Made by a program: the position numbers and the translations under genes. The notes under the pieces were generated by a model. That model was given only the letters and a program-made list of their open reading frames with translations. It was not told the DNA's origin and did no database searches. This document shows positions 44,996-54,698 of a stretch of DNA of 64,000 bases, piece by piece (positions within the stretch are counted from its first letter, which is position 1; every line of letters starts with the position of its first letter). The stretch spans positions 990 to 64,989 of the forward strand of contig JAJEIJ010000036.1 of the NCBI GenBank assembly GCA_022827725.1, in the 5' to 3' direction. Source of the DNA: Acidimicrobiia bacterium (GTDB lineage: Bacteria; Actinomycetota; Acidimicrobiia; Acidimicrobiales; Bin134).

Positions 44996-46189
44996 GTGGA
45001 GTTCGCCATTTTCTTGCAGGGATCGCCTCGCCGGGGCGGAGCGCGCAGCCCCTACTGGGAGCATCAGGCCTTTGAGAACGAGCTGGAGATGGTCCGGGTG
45101 GCCGACCAGCACAACTGGAAATACATCTGGGTGAGCGAGCACCACTTCTTGGAGGACTACTCCCACACCTCGGCCAGCGAGGTGTTCATGGCCTACTCCT
45201 TCGCCCAAACCTCCCAAATCCACATGGGATCGGGCATCTTCAACCTGAACCCCATCGTGAACCATCCCATCAAGCTGGCCGAGCGGGTGGCCATGCTCGA
45301 CCACATGAGCAAGGGCCGGTTCGAGTTCGGCACCGGCCGGGGGGCGGGCAGCCACGAGATAGGCGGCTTCGGCATCGACCCGTCGGAGACCAAGGCCAAC
45401 TGGGACGAGGTGATCTGGGAGTTCAAGAAGATCTGGGGCAGCACCGCCTACTCCCACCCCGACGGCACCGCCTTCCAAACCCCCGAGACCGGCACGTGGG
45501 GCACCTTCAACGTGCTGCCCAAGCCCTACTGCCACTCCCACCCGCCGATGTGGGTGGCGGCTGGCAACACCCCCACCTATGAGAAGGCCGCTCGCCACGG
45601 CTTGGGCGTGCTGGGGTTCAACGTGGCCGCCATCTACGAGATGGCCCCTCACGTGGAGGCCTACAAGAACGCCATCCCCCATGCCGAGCCCGCCGGCGAA
45701 TACGTGAACGACAACGTGATGATCGCCAACGGCCTGGTGTGCCTGGAAGACGGCCAGGAGGCCCGCCGGGTGGTGTGCGAGCAGATGCAGCTCAGCTACC
45801 TCCAGTCGCTGGTGTTCAAGTATCACGACACCTTCCCCAAGCCCGAGGACCTGCCGCCCTATCCCACGATCATCCCCGAGCCCACCTTGGAGGACGTGGA
45901 AGAGCGCATCGAGGCGGGGTTCCTTTTGTGCGGCGATCCCGACGAGGTGTTGGAGCAGGTGAAGCGGTACGAGGAGATCGGCTGCGACCAGGTGTCGTTC
46001 GGGCTGCCCATCCAGCTCGACCATGAGGTTTGCCTGGAGACCATTCGGCTGTTCGGCACCCACGTCATCCCCAAGCTGGACAAAGACCCGCTGCACCGCA
46101 GCACCCGCCAGCGGATCGAGCACGGCGGCCCGCTGGAGATGACCCCCGACCCGTTGTACGACGTTCCCCGAGCCGAAGAACTCGCATAG
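44996..46189 (+). CDS. LLM-class (luciferase-like) flavin-dependent oxidoreductase
   Basis: 397 aa. WVSEHHFLEDYSHTSASEV and RFEFGTGRGAG are typical LLM motifs. GTG start. Confidence 0.8.
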   Translation: MEFAIFLQGSPRRGGARSPYWEHQAFENELEMVRVADQHNWKYIWVSEHHFLEDYSHTSASEVFMAYSFAQTSQIHMGSGIFNLNPIVNHPIKLAERVAMLDHMSKGRFEFGTGRGAGSHEIGGFGIDPSETKANWDEVIWEFKKIWGSTAYSHPDGTAFQTPETGTWGTFNVLPKPYCHSHPPMWVAAGNTPTYEKAARHGLGVLGFNVAAIYEMAPHVEAYKNAIPHAEPAGEYVNDNVMIANGLVCLEDGQEARRVVCEQMQLSYLQSLVFKYHDTFPKPEDLPPYPTIIPEPTLEDVEERIEAGFLLCGDPDEVLEQVKRYEEIGCDQVSFGLPIQLDHEVCLETIRLFGTHVIPKLDKDPLHRSTRQRIEHGGPLEMTPDPLYDVPRAEELA

Positions 46190-46208
46190 CAACAGAGCGA
46201 CGGCGGCT

Positions 46209-47312
46209 ATGAGCGACCAGGGACCCGACATCCTGGGGGTGAGAAGCGACCGATCTGAGCTTAGGGAGCCGCTGGCCGGGTGGTTGGCTGAGCGGCTTGG
46301 TGCTCGGAGCGTGGACATTGGGCCGTTTGAGGTGCCGTCAGGGGGCTACTCAGCAGAGACCCTGCTGTTCGACGCTGGCGTGGACCGGGGAGCGGGTCCG
46401 GCGGTGGAGCGGTATGTGCTGCGACGGGAACTGCCGGAGCCGGCGGTGTATCCCCAGCAGGCGCCGGGGGAACTGGATGTGGAGGTGGACATCCAGTACC
46501 GGGTGATGTCGGCGGTGGCCGACCACTGCGACGCCCCTATTGCCCCCCTGGTGGGGTACGAAGCCGATGATTCCGTTCTGGGCGGACCGTTTTTTGCAAT
46601 GGGGTTCGTGGGCGGTGACATTCCCCGGGAAGACCCGATCTACACCGGCTCCGGCTTCTTCTTCGACGCCCAGCCCGGCCAGCGCCGCCAGCTGGTGGAC
46701 CAGGGATTGCGGACCATGGCCCAGATCCACAGCATCGACTGGCAGGCCGCCGGACTCAACTGGCTCGTAGCCACCGGCGACCAGCCGGGCACCGCCACCC
46801 AGGTGCGAATCTGGCGGGACTATTCCGACCGAGAACTCGACGGCCGGGACCATCCGGTGTTGGAAGCCGGGTTCGCCTACCTCTACGAGAACATGCCCGT
46901 CGACGACGGTCTCTGTCTGAACTGGGGTGACGGGCGACCTGGCAACATCATCTGGCAGGACTTCGAGCCGGCCTGTGTCACCGACTTCGAGGCCGCCTGC
47001 ATCGCCTCACCGCTGGTGGACCTGGGGTGGTGGCTGATGTTCGACCGGTGGTCACACGAGCACATGGGCAATCAGCCCCGCCTAGAAGGTGAGCCCTCCA
47101 GGGCCGAGCAGCGCGACATCTATGCCTCCCACGCGGGGCGCGATCCGGGCGACACCACCTGGTACGAGGTTTTCGCCGCGGCCCGCTACACCGCCATCGT
47201 GGTGCGGGTGATGAACCGCACCGTGCTGCGGGGCGAGATGCCCGCCGACAACCCGTTCTGGCTGGAGAACCCCTCCAGCGAATGTTTGAAGGCCCAGCTC
47301 GACGAACTCTGA
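46209..47312 (+). CDS. Phosphotransferase (APH/choline-kinase-like) family protein
   Basis: 367 aa. NWGDGRPGNIIW (Brenner-type catalytic loop) and VTDFE. Confidence 0.7.
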   Translation: MSDQGPDILGVRSDRSELREPLAGWLAERLGARSVDIGPFEVPSGGYSAETLLFDAGVDRGAGPAVERYVLRRELPEPAVYPQQAPGELDVEVDIQYRVMSAVADHCDAPIAPLVGYEADDSVLGGPFFAMGFVGGDIPREDPIYTGSGFFFDAQPGQRRQLVDQGLRTMAQIHSIDWQAAGLNWLVATGDQPGTATQVRIWRDYSDRELDGRDHPVLEAGFAYLYENMPVDDGLCLNWGDGRPGNIIWQDFEPACVTDFEAACIASPLVDLGWWLMFDRWSHEHMGNQPRLEGEPSRAEQRDIYASHAGRDPGDTTWYEVFAAARYTAIVVRVMNRTVLRGEMPADNPFWLENPSSECLKAQLDEL

Positions 47313-47331
47313 GCCCTTGCGGGCGCGGTGG

Positions 47332-47691
47332 CTAGCTGCCCACCACCCGGTCGGTCTGCTCGCGGTATTCGTAGACAAGGCGGACCAGCCAGTAGCGCAT
47401 GAAGCGCTTGAAGGAGCTGACCGCGATCATCACCAGGCCGATGAACGTGAGGCTGAGGCCGAATATGGCGGAGACCACCAAGTCGAGGTGGTTGACCGCG
47501 TTCGAAGCGCCACCGGTCATGATGAACGACACCAGGGTGAAGGCCAGCCCAACGATGGTGATGATCAATCCGATGCGGAATATCCACCGGTCGGGGTTGG
47601 CCCGGCCGCCGGAAGCACGGAGTTTGCCCACCTCTTGGTGGAACTCTTCGAGACGGCTGCTGTCGCCCGCGGCGTCGGTTGTGTCACTCAT
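47332..47691 (-). CDS. Small hypothetical membrane protein (2-3 TM)
   Basis: 119 aa. Hydrophobic segments IFRIGLIITIVGLAFTLVSFIM and LVVSAIFGLSLTFIGLVMIAV. Starts 9 bp after the livF stop on the same strand. Confidence 0.5.
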   Translation of the reverse strand: MSDTTDAAGDSSRLEEFHQEVGKLRASGGRANPDRWIFRIGLIITIVGLAFTLVSFIMTGGASNAVNHLDLVVSAIFGLSLTFIGLVMIAVSSFKRFMRYWLVRLVYEYREQTDRVVGS

Positions 47692-47700
47692 GGTGTCTCC

Positions 47701-48417
47701 TCAAGACATGCCTAGATAGGCGGCGGTCAATTCTTCGGCGATCTCTGCCGGCGGCCCAGTGCGCTGGATACGGCCATGGAGCATGATGGCGGCCTCATTG
47801 GCCACTCCCAGCACCGCTTGGGCAAACTGCTCGACGATCAGAATGGACAGTCCGGCCTTAGCCAGAGAGGCCACCTGCTCGTAAAGCTCCTCCACGATGA
47901 TGGGGGCCAGTCCCATGGACAGCTCGTCGAGCATCAAGATGGCCGGGTCGGTGGACAGCGCCCGAGACATGGCCAGCATCTGCTGCTCCCCGCCCGACAG
48001 CGTGCCCGCCATCTGATTGCGGCGCTCCTGGAGGCGGGGGAATTGGGCGAAGGCCCGCTCCTGCACCTGCTTGTAGGACACACCGGCATAGGTGGACATC
48101 CGCAGATTCTCGGCCACAGTGAGGTTGGGGAAGATCCCCCGGCCCTCGGGAATCAGACACACCCCGGCCCGGGCCAGCCGGTCGGGAGACACGCCGTTCA
48201 CTTCGTGGCCGTCGAGCAGTACCGATCCGGCGTGGGGCTGGATCTGGCCACTGGCCACCCCCAAGGTGGTGGTCTTGCCCGCCCCATTGGGACCCAACAA
48301 GGCGTACACCTGGCCCGGCATGACCCGCAGATCTACGCCGTGCAGCACGTCGATCGTGCCGTATCCGGCTCGGATACCGACCAATTCAAGAAGCGGGTTT
48401 GCCGTCTCGGTACTCAC
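47701..48417 (-). CDS. livF: Branched-chain amino acid-type ABC transporter ATP-binding protein (LivF type)
   Basis: 238 aa. GPNGAGKTTT, LSGGEQQMLAMSRAL, LMLDELSMGL. Confidence 0.85.
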   Translation of the reverse strand: MSTETANPLLELVGIRAGYGTIDVLHGVDLRVMPGQVYALLGPNGAGKTTTLGVASGQIQPHAGSVLLDGHEVNGVSPDRLARAGVCLIPEGRGIFPNLTVAENLRMSTYAGVSYKQVQERAFAQFPRLQERRNQMAGTLSGGEQQMLAMSRALSTDPAILMLDELSMGLAPIIVEELYEQVASLAKAGLSILIVEQFAQAVLGVANEAAIMLHGRIQRTGPPAEIAEELTAAYLGMS

Positions 48418-49178
48418 TCGCCAACCCCCACGTATCCCGCCCGGAATTCGTCGCCGCCCAGGTAGGCGGCCCGCACGGCCTCGTTGCCCTGCACCTCAAA
48501 GGGGCTGCCTACCGCGATGATCTTGCCGAAATCCAGCACGTGGATGCGGGCACACACCCCCATCACAAAACTCATGTCGTGCTCCACCAGCAACACCGCC
48601 AAATCGTTTTCTTTATCGGCCACTAGCTCAAGCAGCAGTTGGCCGATGGACGAGGTCTCGTCTTCGTTCAAGCCCGACGACGGCTCGTCCAACAGCAGCA
48701 CACGGGGCCGGCAGGCCAGAGCCCGGGCCAACTCAACCAGGCGGGCGCTGCCGGTGGGAAGGGTGCCAACGGTCACATCGGCCACATCGTCGAGTCCCAC
48801 CTTGCCCAGCATCTCGTGGGCCACGTCGCTGACTCGCCGGTGTTTCCATTTGGCGCGGTGGTTCTTCTCCACCGCTACCCGAACGTTGTCGAACGCGCTC
48901 AGCGTGTTGAACGCCTCCAGCTTCTGGAAGGTGCGGGCGATGCCCATTTGCGACCGCCGGGACACGCCGGCCCGGGTGATGTCGACCCCGTCGAACTTCA
49001 CTGTGCCGCTGGTGGGGGGCAACAGGCCGGTGACCACATTGAACAGGGTGGTCTTGCCCGCGCCGTTGGGGCCAATGAGGCCGGTCACCTCACCGGGGTC
49101 GACGTCCACCGAGGCGTTGTCGAGGGCCACCACGCCGCCGAAGCGCATGACCACTTGCTCAGCTTCGAGCAGCGCCAT
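48414..49178 (-). CDS. livG: Branched-chain amino acid-type ABC transporter ATP-binding protein (LivG type)
   Basis: ATG 49178 (MALLEAEQVVMRFGGVVALD) within ORF 48414..49232. GPNGAGKTTLFN, LLLDEPSSGL, and the LivG-specific C-terminal BCA_ABC_TP_C-like tail. Confidence 0.85.
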   Translation of the reverse strand: MALLEAEQVVMRFGGVVALDNASVDVDPGEVTGLIGPNGAGKTTLFNVVTGLLPPTSGTVKFDGVDITRAGVSRRSQMGIARTFQKLEAFNTLSAFDNVRVAVEKNHRAKWKHRRVSDVAHEMLGKVGLDDVADVTVGTLPTGSARLVELARALACRPRVLLLDEPSSGLNEDETSSIGQLLLELVADKENDLAVLLVEHDMSFVMGVCARIHVLDFGKIIAVGSPFEVQGNEAVRAAYLGGDEFRAGYVGVGE

Positions 49179-51417
49179 AGCCCTCCTTCGGTACCACTTC
49201 GTCCAAGATCCCCAGCCGTCGGTCGATGGCAATCACCTCTTCGGGGGTGAACGGCCGCTCTATGCCCAGTTCGCCGATCTCCGGCTCGCGCTTTTGGGCA
49301 TTCTCGGCGGCGATCTCGGCTCGGGCATCGCTGCGCCACGGCAGGATGGGCGAGAACCCCCGGCCCATCTCGAAGATGGCCCCTCGGGGGTTGAACACCA
49401 TGCCGAGCACCAGCATCCCCGGTCCATAAGTGGTCATGATGTCGAGCAGCGTGACCAGAAAATCCACGTTCCCAGAATCTTCCAGCCGGTGTCCCAGCCC
49501 GGTGAACAGCGGAATGAAGATCAAGAAGATGCCAGCCACCGGTATGGACACTCCGGCAGCCGCCACCAACAGCACGATATTGAACCCGATTAGCAAGTCG
49601 AATCCCTGCACGCTGTCGACGTTGCCCGAAACAGTGGCCCAGAACACCCCTGCAATGCCGGCTATGACCGCTGAAAGGGCATACACCACAACCTTGGTCC
49701 ACACCACTGGTACCCCGAGGGTGGCTGCCGCAGCCTGCGAGTCATTGATGGCCATCCATCTTCGCCCGTATCGAGACCGTCGCAGCAATACCAGCGCGTA
49801 GACAACGACAGCGAATACGCACATCAGCAGCAGGAAGAAGCCCCGGCGGTCGTCGAAGGTAACGCCGAACAGCTCAATGTGGGGAAACTGCCGACCGGTC
49901 CCGATGATGGGTATAACCCACGGGTTGGGGAAGAAGATAAGCGACATCGCCTGGGCGAAGGCCATAGTCATGAGAGCCAGGTACAGCCCCCTGAGACGGG
50001 CGGCGGGAAGGGCTACCAAGGCACCAAAGGGCGCGCATAGTAGCCCTACCAGGAGGATCCAGTAGCCGTTGTCGATATCTCTGATGTCCTGGGGATCCAA
50101 ACCCAGGCGATCCAACCCCAGGAACGTGACCCACCCTGCACCTATCACCTTCAGGTACACAAAGGCGCCGAATCCGGCAAATGCCAACGGCGCGAAGTTG
50201 ATCTGACCGGCCCAGCCGATCAAGGGAACCAGCGATAGGCCGATGAGAGCCAGGGCCATGGCTTCATTGGCCGAGTTCAGCTCTCGGCTGCCCCAGGCAC
50301 CAGGATCCCAGATTCCGAAGTCCAGCCAGCCGCCGGAGAATGCCACCGCCAGCAGAATGATCACCCCGCAGCCGATGAGTCCCTCCCACCACTTGGTGAA
50401 GCGCTCGTGGCGACGGAGATGATGGACCAGCCGTCCTACTTCCAGGCGGGCCTGGGGCAAGGCTATGACCACGAACAGCAGCAACAGCGGGGCAACAGAG
50501 AGGTGGGCGAAGCGGAAATCGGATCCGAAGTCCAGCCAGGCCACTGTGTGGGCTCGCAGCAGTCCGATCAACATTGCCCCAATAACCGCCATGGGCAGAT
50601 TCTTCAGGGCGCCGAAGGCCGCCGCCGCGAAGGCGATGATCACCACATTGTTCAGGGTTGCGGGATCAAGCCCGAGTTCGGGGGCGATGAGGATGCCCCC
50701 CAGCGCACCCAGCATGGAGCCCAGTGCCCAGGAGGTAGACGACACCACGTTGGGACGAGCCCCGTTGAGGGCAGCCAGCTCCCTGTTGTCCACCACCGCC
50801 CGCATGGCCGTGCCGATGCGGGTGCGGCGAAGCAAATATCGCATAGCCACGGCAATGGCGATAGCCACCACAAACACGATGAGCCGGTGCCAGGGAAGCT
50901 GAGACGGTCCCAAGTCAATGCCGTTGTTGATGCCGAACAAATACGGCACCCGGCGGGCAGTATCGGCCTCCCAGATGTCGCCCACCACCGACAGCAGCAG
51001 CACCATGATTGCCACGGTGACCATGAGCTGCACTACCAGCGACGCGGTGCGCAGGCGTCTCATGATCACTATGTCCAGCACCACGCCCAGCGCAGGTGCG
51101 AACAGGCCCACCACCACGAACAGGGCAAGGATGGAGTGCCAGCCCCGATTTACGTGGAGTTCCCAATAAAAGAACGCCGCGAACACGCCGATGGCACCCT
51201 GGGCGAAGTTGAAGACCCCGGTGGTGGTGTACACCACCACCAAACCGGTGGCGTACATGGCCCACAGGGCACCGAGGAAGAGCCCGATGTAGGTGGTGAC
51301 CAGGAAGGTCTCGCTGGTGACCGGGGCACCCTTCCAGGTGAAGACAGCGATGATCACTGCCGCCAACGTCCCCAGTGCGGTGGCTACCGCAACCGAATGA
51401 CGTACCCCGAAGATCAC
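49159..51417 (-). CDS. Fused LivH-LivM type ABC permease
   Basis: 752 aa. N-terminal half is LivH-like (RRTRIGTAMRAVVDNRELAALNG). C-terminal half is LivM-like (RYGRRWMAINDSQAAAATLG). Confidence 0.8.
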   Translation of the reverse strand: MIFGVRHSVAVATALGTLAAVIIAVFTWKGAPVTSETFLVTTYIGLFLGALWAMYATGLVVVYTTTGVFNFAQGAIGVFAAFFYWELHVNRGWHSILALFVVVGLFAPALGVVLDIVIMRRLRTASLVVQLMVTVAIMVLLLSVVGDIWEADTARRVPYLFGINNGIDLGPSQLPWHRLIVFVVAIAIAVAMRYLLRRTRIGTAMRAVVDNRELAALNGARPNVVSSTSWALGSMLGALGGILIAPELGLDPATLNNVVIIAFAAAAFGALKNLPMAVIGAMLIGLLRAHTVAWLDFGSDFRFAHLSVAPLLLLFVVIALPQARLEVGRLVHHLRRHERFTKWWEGLIGCGVIILLAVAFSGGWLDFGIWDPGAWGSRELNSANEAMALALIGLSLVPLIGWAGQINFAPLAFAGFGAFVYLKVIGAGWVTFLGLDRLGLDPQDIRDIDNGYWILLVGLLCAPFGALVALPAARLRGLYLALMTMAFAQAMSLIFFPNPWVIPIIGTGRQFPHIELFGVTFDDRRGFFLLLMCVFAVVVYALVLLRRSRYGRRWMAINDSQAAAATLGVPVVWTKVVVYALSAVIAGIAGVFWATVSGNVDSVQGFDLLIGFNIVLLVAAAGVSIPVAGIFLIFIPLFTGLGHRLEDSGNVDFLVTLLDIMTTYGPGMLVLGMVFNPRGAIFEMGRGFSPILPWRSDARAEIAAENAQKREPEIGELGIERPFTPEEVIAIDRRLGILDEVVPKEGYGAARS

Positions 51418-51457
51418 AAGAACTCAGACCTTCCTGGCCTCCTCACATTTGTCCTGG

Positions 51458-52936
51458 CTAGCCGCCGAACTCAGCGCCCCAATCCCTGGTCAGGCCGACC
51501 ACGTTGTCGGGGTTGCAGTCCAGCTCGCCCCGCTCTGCGGGATGCACCCGGACGAATTCATTGTTCTGCACCTGCATCAGCATGAAGCAGGGCATGATGT
51601 TCTCGGTGGTGGAGTAGTCCGCCGGGCTCCACCACCCATTTACGTCAAACGACGTCACGTTACGAGCGCCGTCCAGCACTGCCTGGCGGGTGAGGCCGTT
51701 AGGTCCACTCTCAGCCACAATTCCGTTGACGACCTGCTCGAACAGCACACCATCGGCCCACGAGCCCGCGGCCCATGCCGGCGGGAATGGATCATCGATG
51801 GCCTCCATGAAGTCGGCCAGCTCTTGGTTGGTGTCGGTCTCATCGAACGGCAAGAACCAGATCCACATGTAGGTGTTCTCCACCACATCGCCGGCCTCAA
51901 GGAAGCTGGGGGTGTAACAGGCCAACTGACACATCCAAATCACGCTGTCGGTATCCAAGCCCTGGGCTTCAGCTTCACTGCGCCACTTGATCATTGACTG
52001 ATCGTCGGAGCCGGAGTAGGCGAAGTTGGAGTCGTTGTCCCGCATGATCTGGATATAGGCGCCGTACTCCGACTGGGTGGTGAACCCGCTCACGCCAGGC
52101 TCACCATCGATGACTACGCCGATCTCCTGGAAGGATCGCACCTGAGGCATTGACGTGGCGATGGTGGACGGGAGGTCGGAGGGCACCAAGTACACACCGT
52201 TGATATTGGGGTCAATATTTTCCAGAAGCCACTGAACATGGCCCACCTGGCTTTGCACGGACCGGTCGCCGGTGCCGGCGTAGGGGCACTCGCTGTTGGG
52301 CCGGCTGGAGGCGAACGTCACGACCGAGCACTGGTGGGGTGGCTCAGTGGTGATGTAGGCGAAGTCGGGCACCCCGATGTCGTTCCCATGAGCATCAGAG
52401 CAGGTCTGGAGATCAGTGGTGTCAAGAGCGAACAGCGCTGTGGTGCCGACCAGGGCAAAAGCCTCCTCGCAGGCCACCAGGAAACCGTTGGTGGTCTCTG
52501 TGGGGTTGATGGCCGAGTCATGCTCAAGGACCTCGATCTGACGGCAGGCCAAGCCTCCCTCAGCGTTCACATGGCTGGCCCACGCCTTGACTCCGTCGAT
52601 GGAGCCCTGGAACAGGCCGGGCGCCAGCGGGGAACCGACGTCGGCCATGACCAGCACGGTGATGGTGTCCTCGGTAATACCGATATCAGTGGCTTCGAGG
52701 TCCACGGCCTCACACGGGTCGACTTCCGGTTCCTCGGTGGCAACCGGCTCGGCATCGGAGTCGTCCATGTCGTCATCCATGGACTCATCCATCTCATCGT
52801 CCATGTCGTCTGGCACCTGAGTGGCCGCGGCGGCGGGGGTGTCAGCCCCCGAATCGTCATCGTCATTGCCACCGCAAGCAGCAGCGACAAGAGCGAGCAC
52901 AGCCAACAGGCCGATAATCCAACGGAGATTCTTCAC
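51458..52936 (-). CDS. Liv-type ABC substrate-binding lipoprotein with Met/Asp-rich acidic linker
   Basis: GTG 52936 after aagggggaa, within ORF 51458..53008. Lipobox LVAAACGG, a DDMDDEMDESMDDDMDDSD linker, then a type I PBP body. Confidence 0.75.
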   Translation of the reverse strand: MKNLRWIIGLLAVLALVAAACGGNDDDDSGADTPAAAATQVPDDMDDEMDESMDDDMDDSDAEPVATEEPEVDPCEAVDLEATDIGITEDTITVLVMADVGSPLAPGLFQGSIDGVKAWASHVNAEGGLACRQIEVLEHDSAINPTETTNGFLVACEEAFALVGTTALFALDTTDLQTCSDAHGNDIGVPDFAYITTEPPHQCSVVTFASSRPNSECPYAGTGDRSVQSQVGHVQWLLENIDPNINGVYLVPSDLPSTIATSMPQVRSFQEIGVVIDGEPGVSGFTTQSEYGAYIQIMRDNDSNFAYSGSDDQSMIKWRSEAEAQGLDTDSVIWMCQLACYTPSFLEAGDVVENTYMWIWFLPFDETDTNQELADFMEAIDDPFPPAWAAGSWADGVLFEQVVNGIVAESGPNGLTRQAVLDGARNVTSFDVNGWWSPADYSTTENIMPCFMLMQVQNNEFVRVHPAERGELDCNPDNVVGLTRDWGAEFGG

Positions 52937-53051
52937 GGTTCCCCCTTCTTGGCCGACGGAGCCTCTCGTCCGCCAGCTATTGAACGCGGGGACATTGTTA
53001 CCCATCACGCCACTAGCTCGCCATATTTCGGGACAAACGAACAGTGCCTAC

Positions 53052-53128
53052 TGGTGGGCGCGGAGGGACTTGAACCCCCGGCCTCTTCCTTGTAAGGGAA
53101 GCGCTCTTGCCATCTGAGCTACGCGCCC
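53052..53128 (-). tRNA. tRNA-Val (anticodon TAC), CCA encoded
   Basis: Hand-folded cloverleaf: GGGCGCG acceptor, GCTC/GAGC D-stem, CTTCC-CTTACAA-GGAAG anticodon arm, GGGGG-TTCAAGT-CCCTC T-arm. Confidence 0.9.
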
Positions 53129-53143
53129 GGTGCAACGGCCAGG

Positions 53144-53974
53144 CTAGTGGTGTTTTGCGGCCTCTCCCGCACCAATAGCGGCAGGATCGTCGGCGCCGAA
53201 CGTGCGCCGCTGGGCCAAGGCCTCGTCGAGCAGCGGCGGCGTGGCGGCCACCACTGGGTAGCGCCGCTCGGCAAGGTCGTCGGGCAGCAGCTCTCGCCCC
53301 CAGGCCTCGCCCATGGCCACACCGGCCTCGGCGCACACCAGCGCCGCTCCCAGGTAGTCCCAGGTGGAGTGGCCTTCGTTGGTGCAGTCGATGTAGGCGT
53401 CGAGAACTCCCTCGGCCACCGCGGTCATATCCAAGGCGATCGATCCCAGCACCCGGTATTGCCTCCAGCCCAGATGGCGGGGGGGAATATAAGTGAGCCC
53501 TACCGTGGCCTCTCCCAGCGACCGTTGTCCCGAGGGCCCCGATCCCCGGCGGGGTTCGCCTTCGGTGAGGGGAGCTAGCGGGCGGCCATTGACGGTGGCG
53601 CCTTGGCCTCGAACGGCTCGGTAGGCCTTGTTGTTCACCAGATTGAGCACCAGCGCGGCCAGCATCCCCTCGGAGTCGACCGCGCAGAAGCTGGTGGAAT
53701 ACCACGGCAGGCCGCGGGCCGCGTTGGTGGAGCCGTCCACGGGGTCGAGCACCACTACGAGATCCCTGTCGGCGTCGTGCGATCCCGATTCCTCGCTGTA
53801 CACCCCGAAGCCGGCCTCGGCCAGCACCTCTCGGGCCGCTTCATCGGCGGCCACGTCGAAGCTGTACTGGCCTTCTCGGTTGCCGGTGAGCTGGCCACCG
53901 TCGATCCGGGCCACTGCCTCGGCCACTCGGGCTGCGGCCTGGTCGAAGACGGTCAGAATCCGGTCGCTGTCCAC
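53144..53974 (-). CDS. Inositol monophosphatase family protein (SuhB/ImpA/HisN-like)
   Basis: 276 aa. VVVLDPVDGSTNA and WDYLGA motifs. GTG start. Confidence 0.8.
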   Translation of the reverse strand: MDSDRILTVFDQAAARVAEAVARIDGGQLTGNREGQYSFDVAADEAAREVLAEAGFGVYSEESGSHDADRDLVVVLDPVDGSTNAARGLPWYSTSFCAVDSEGMLAALVLNLVNNKAYRAVRGQGATVNGRPLAPLTEGEPRRGSGPSGQRSLGEATVGLTYIPPRHLGWRQYRVLGSIALDMTAVAEGVLDAYIDCTNEGHSTWDYLGAALVCAEAGVAMGEAWGRELLPDDLAERRYPVVAATPPLLDEALAQRRTFGADDPAAIGAGEAAKHH

Positions 53975-54027
53975 CGGGGTGAAACTAACCGGTATCGGAT
54001 AGCCAGCACGGTCAATTTCGTGGCAGT

Positions 54028-54600
54028 GTGGGACTCTTGGCTGTCGTCGATATCGCCACCTTCATCGCCGATCTCAAGGACCACGCCGCCGATCACGGCT
54101 TCCACGTCCACGATGATCGCCATTTCGTGGAGACCTACTCCATGCGCCAGGCCTGGGAGGTGGATCTGCACCCTGCGGCGGCCTGCGGCGGCCCGCTCGA
54201 TGTACACATCACGCTGGAGGTGGACCCCCGGGTGATGCTGGGCTTCGAGGATCACGTGATGGAGCTGCCCGAGGGGGTGGAGCCCACCGAGGACTTCAAG
54301 CTGCCCATGGTGGTGTCGTGGAGCCTGCCCCCGCTGCCCGACGGCCCCGACCTGCTGCTGTTGGCCACCGACCTGGCCGGCATCGGCGGCATGGAGCTGC
54401 CTCTGGATGTGTCGGCCATCGACGCCTACGCCGCGGTCACCGACGCCCCGGAGCGGAGCATCTCCATTACCGCACGGGTGGAGGTGTCGATCAGCGGCAT
54501 GTTCACCGGCCAGGAGTGCCTGGGCGGCGTGATGCCCAAAGTGGCGGAGATCAGCGAGTTCCTGCTCGACCGGGCCCCCGCCTGGCTGGGCGACGTCTAG
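54028..54600 (+). CDS. Hypothetical acidic protein
   Basis: 190 aa, GTG start, coding-like composition. No family recognised by eye. Confidence 0.4.
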   Translation: MGLLAVVDIATFIADLKDHAADHGFHVHDDRHFVETYSMRQAWEVDLHPAAACGGPLDVHITLEVDPRVMLGFEDHVMELPEGVEPTEDFKLPMVVSWSLPPLPDGPDLLLLATDLAGIGGMELPLDVSAIDAYAAVTDAPERSISITARVEVSISGMFTGQECLGGVMPKVAEISEFLLDRAPAWLGDV

Positions 54601-54698
54601 ACGTATCCGAGGGCACCCAAGCCTCTGTCGGCGCCGATGGGACTAGCCGAGTGAACCGGTGGAAAATCTCGGTAACGAATCGGTAACATTAAGGTCCC

